Below are positions 6,736 to 7,465 of a stretch of 7,465 bases of DNA, piece by piece. The translations under genes and the position numbers were made by a program. This DNA is from a virus (lineage: Duplodnaviria; Heunggongvirae; Uroviricota; Caudoviricetes): IMG/VR virus record IMGVR_UViG_2684622618_000004; one strand, given 5' to 3'. The stretch's first letter is position 1, and each line of letters starts with the position of its first letter. The notes below the pieces were generated by a model. That model saw only the letters and a program-made list of their open reading frames with translations. It was not told the origin of the DNA and ran no database searches.

Positions 6736-7457
6736 AAGGAGCCGGTACCACCCTGTGGGTTTATAACGGTCAGGGTGACGCCTATGCAAACCCGTTGTCA
6801 GACGATGACTGGCAGCGACTGGCTAAGGTGAAGGATCTGACGCCGGGCGAGATGACGGCAGAATCCTACGATGATAACTACCTGGATGATGAAGACGCGG
6901 ACTGGACCGCGACCGGGCAGGGGCAGAAATCTGCAGGTGATACCAGTTTTACGCTGGCCTGGAAACCGGGAGAGGAAGGCCAGAAAGGGCTTATAGGCTG
7001 GTTTGAAAGCGGCGATGTCCGGGCCTATAAAATCCGTTTTCCGAATGGCACGGTGGATGTGTTTCGTGGCTGGGTCAGCAGTATCGGTAAGGCCGTGACG
7101 GCGAAAGAAGTGATCACCCGCACGGTGAAAGTCACTAACGTGGGTAAACCTTCTGTAGCGGAAGAACGCAGCAAAATTACGCCGGTCAGTGCGATTAAGG
7201 TGACGCCGACATCCGGTACGGTGGCAAAAGGGAAAACAACCACCCTGACGGTTTCTTTTGAGCCGGAAAGTGCAACAGACAAGACGTTCAGAGCGGTTTC
7301 CGCCGATCCGTCGAAAGCCACCATTAGTGTGAAAGATATGACAATTACGGTAAACGGCGTGGCGACAGGTAAGGTGCAGATCCCTGTGGTGAGCGGAAAT
7401 GGTCAGTTCGCCGCAGTGGCTGAAGTCACCGTTACTGAAGCGGGCGCTGCAGGGTAA
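6729..7457 (+). pseudogene. V: Major tail protein gene (gpV-like) lacking its native 5' end; first in-frame ATG at 6795
   Basis: From 6729 this frame reads [78 protein letters not shown]...[42 protein letters not shown]...MTITVNGVA, near-collinear with lambda gpV from residue ~9 to the end. A TGA lies in-frame at 6672-6674 and no ATG or GTG lies between it and 6795. Stop TAA at 7455-7457. Confidence 0.8.
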
Positions 7458-7465
7458 ACGGAGGT

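Noticed and set aside
6715-6748. EcoRI (gaattc, 6715-6720) and KpnI (ggtacc, 6743-6748) sites flanking the E/V junction as a sign of cloning or engineering
   Set aside because: Six-base sites occur by chance at this density; the ggtacc lies within conserved gpV-like coding sequence (Gly-Thr codons) and no vector or linker sequence is present. Noted only as a caveat to the deletion finding.
1-7465. CRISPR arrays, tRNA or other RNA genes, integrase or transposase, defence systems
   Set aside because: No regularly spaced direct repeats, no tRNA-like structure, and every substantial ORF is accounted for by head or tail morphogenesis homologues.

Overview
This window is the left-arm head-morphogenesis module of a lambda-like (lambdoid) phage or prophage, read on the + strand. 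All protein matches are from my own recall of the phage lambda proteins, not from a database search. The order is: cos site (lambda-type right end, 12-nt cohesive-end sequence, cosB-like repeats), small terminase (Nu1-like), large terminase (gpA-like), gpW-like head-tail joining protein, portal (gpB-like), head protease/scaffold (gpC-like with a nested Nu3-like frame), decoration protein (gpD-like), then only the first ~85 codons of a major capsid (gpE-like) gene abutting a major tail protein (gpV-like) gene that lacks its first ~9 codons. Everything normally lying between E and V appears to be missing, so as assembled this element should not be able to build a capsid. Two 50-nt N runs are assembly gaps, not biology. 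I see no RNA genes, CRISPR arrays, or integrase/transposase genes, and I do not see evidence of a novel system here; the points worth a second look are the E/V junction, the repeat-expanded scaffold region, and a cosB repeat set that differs from lambda.
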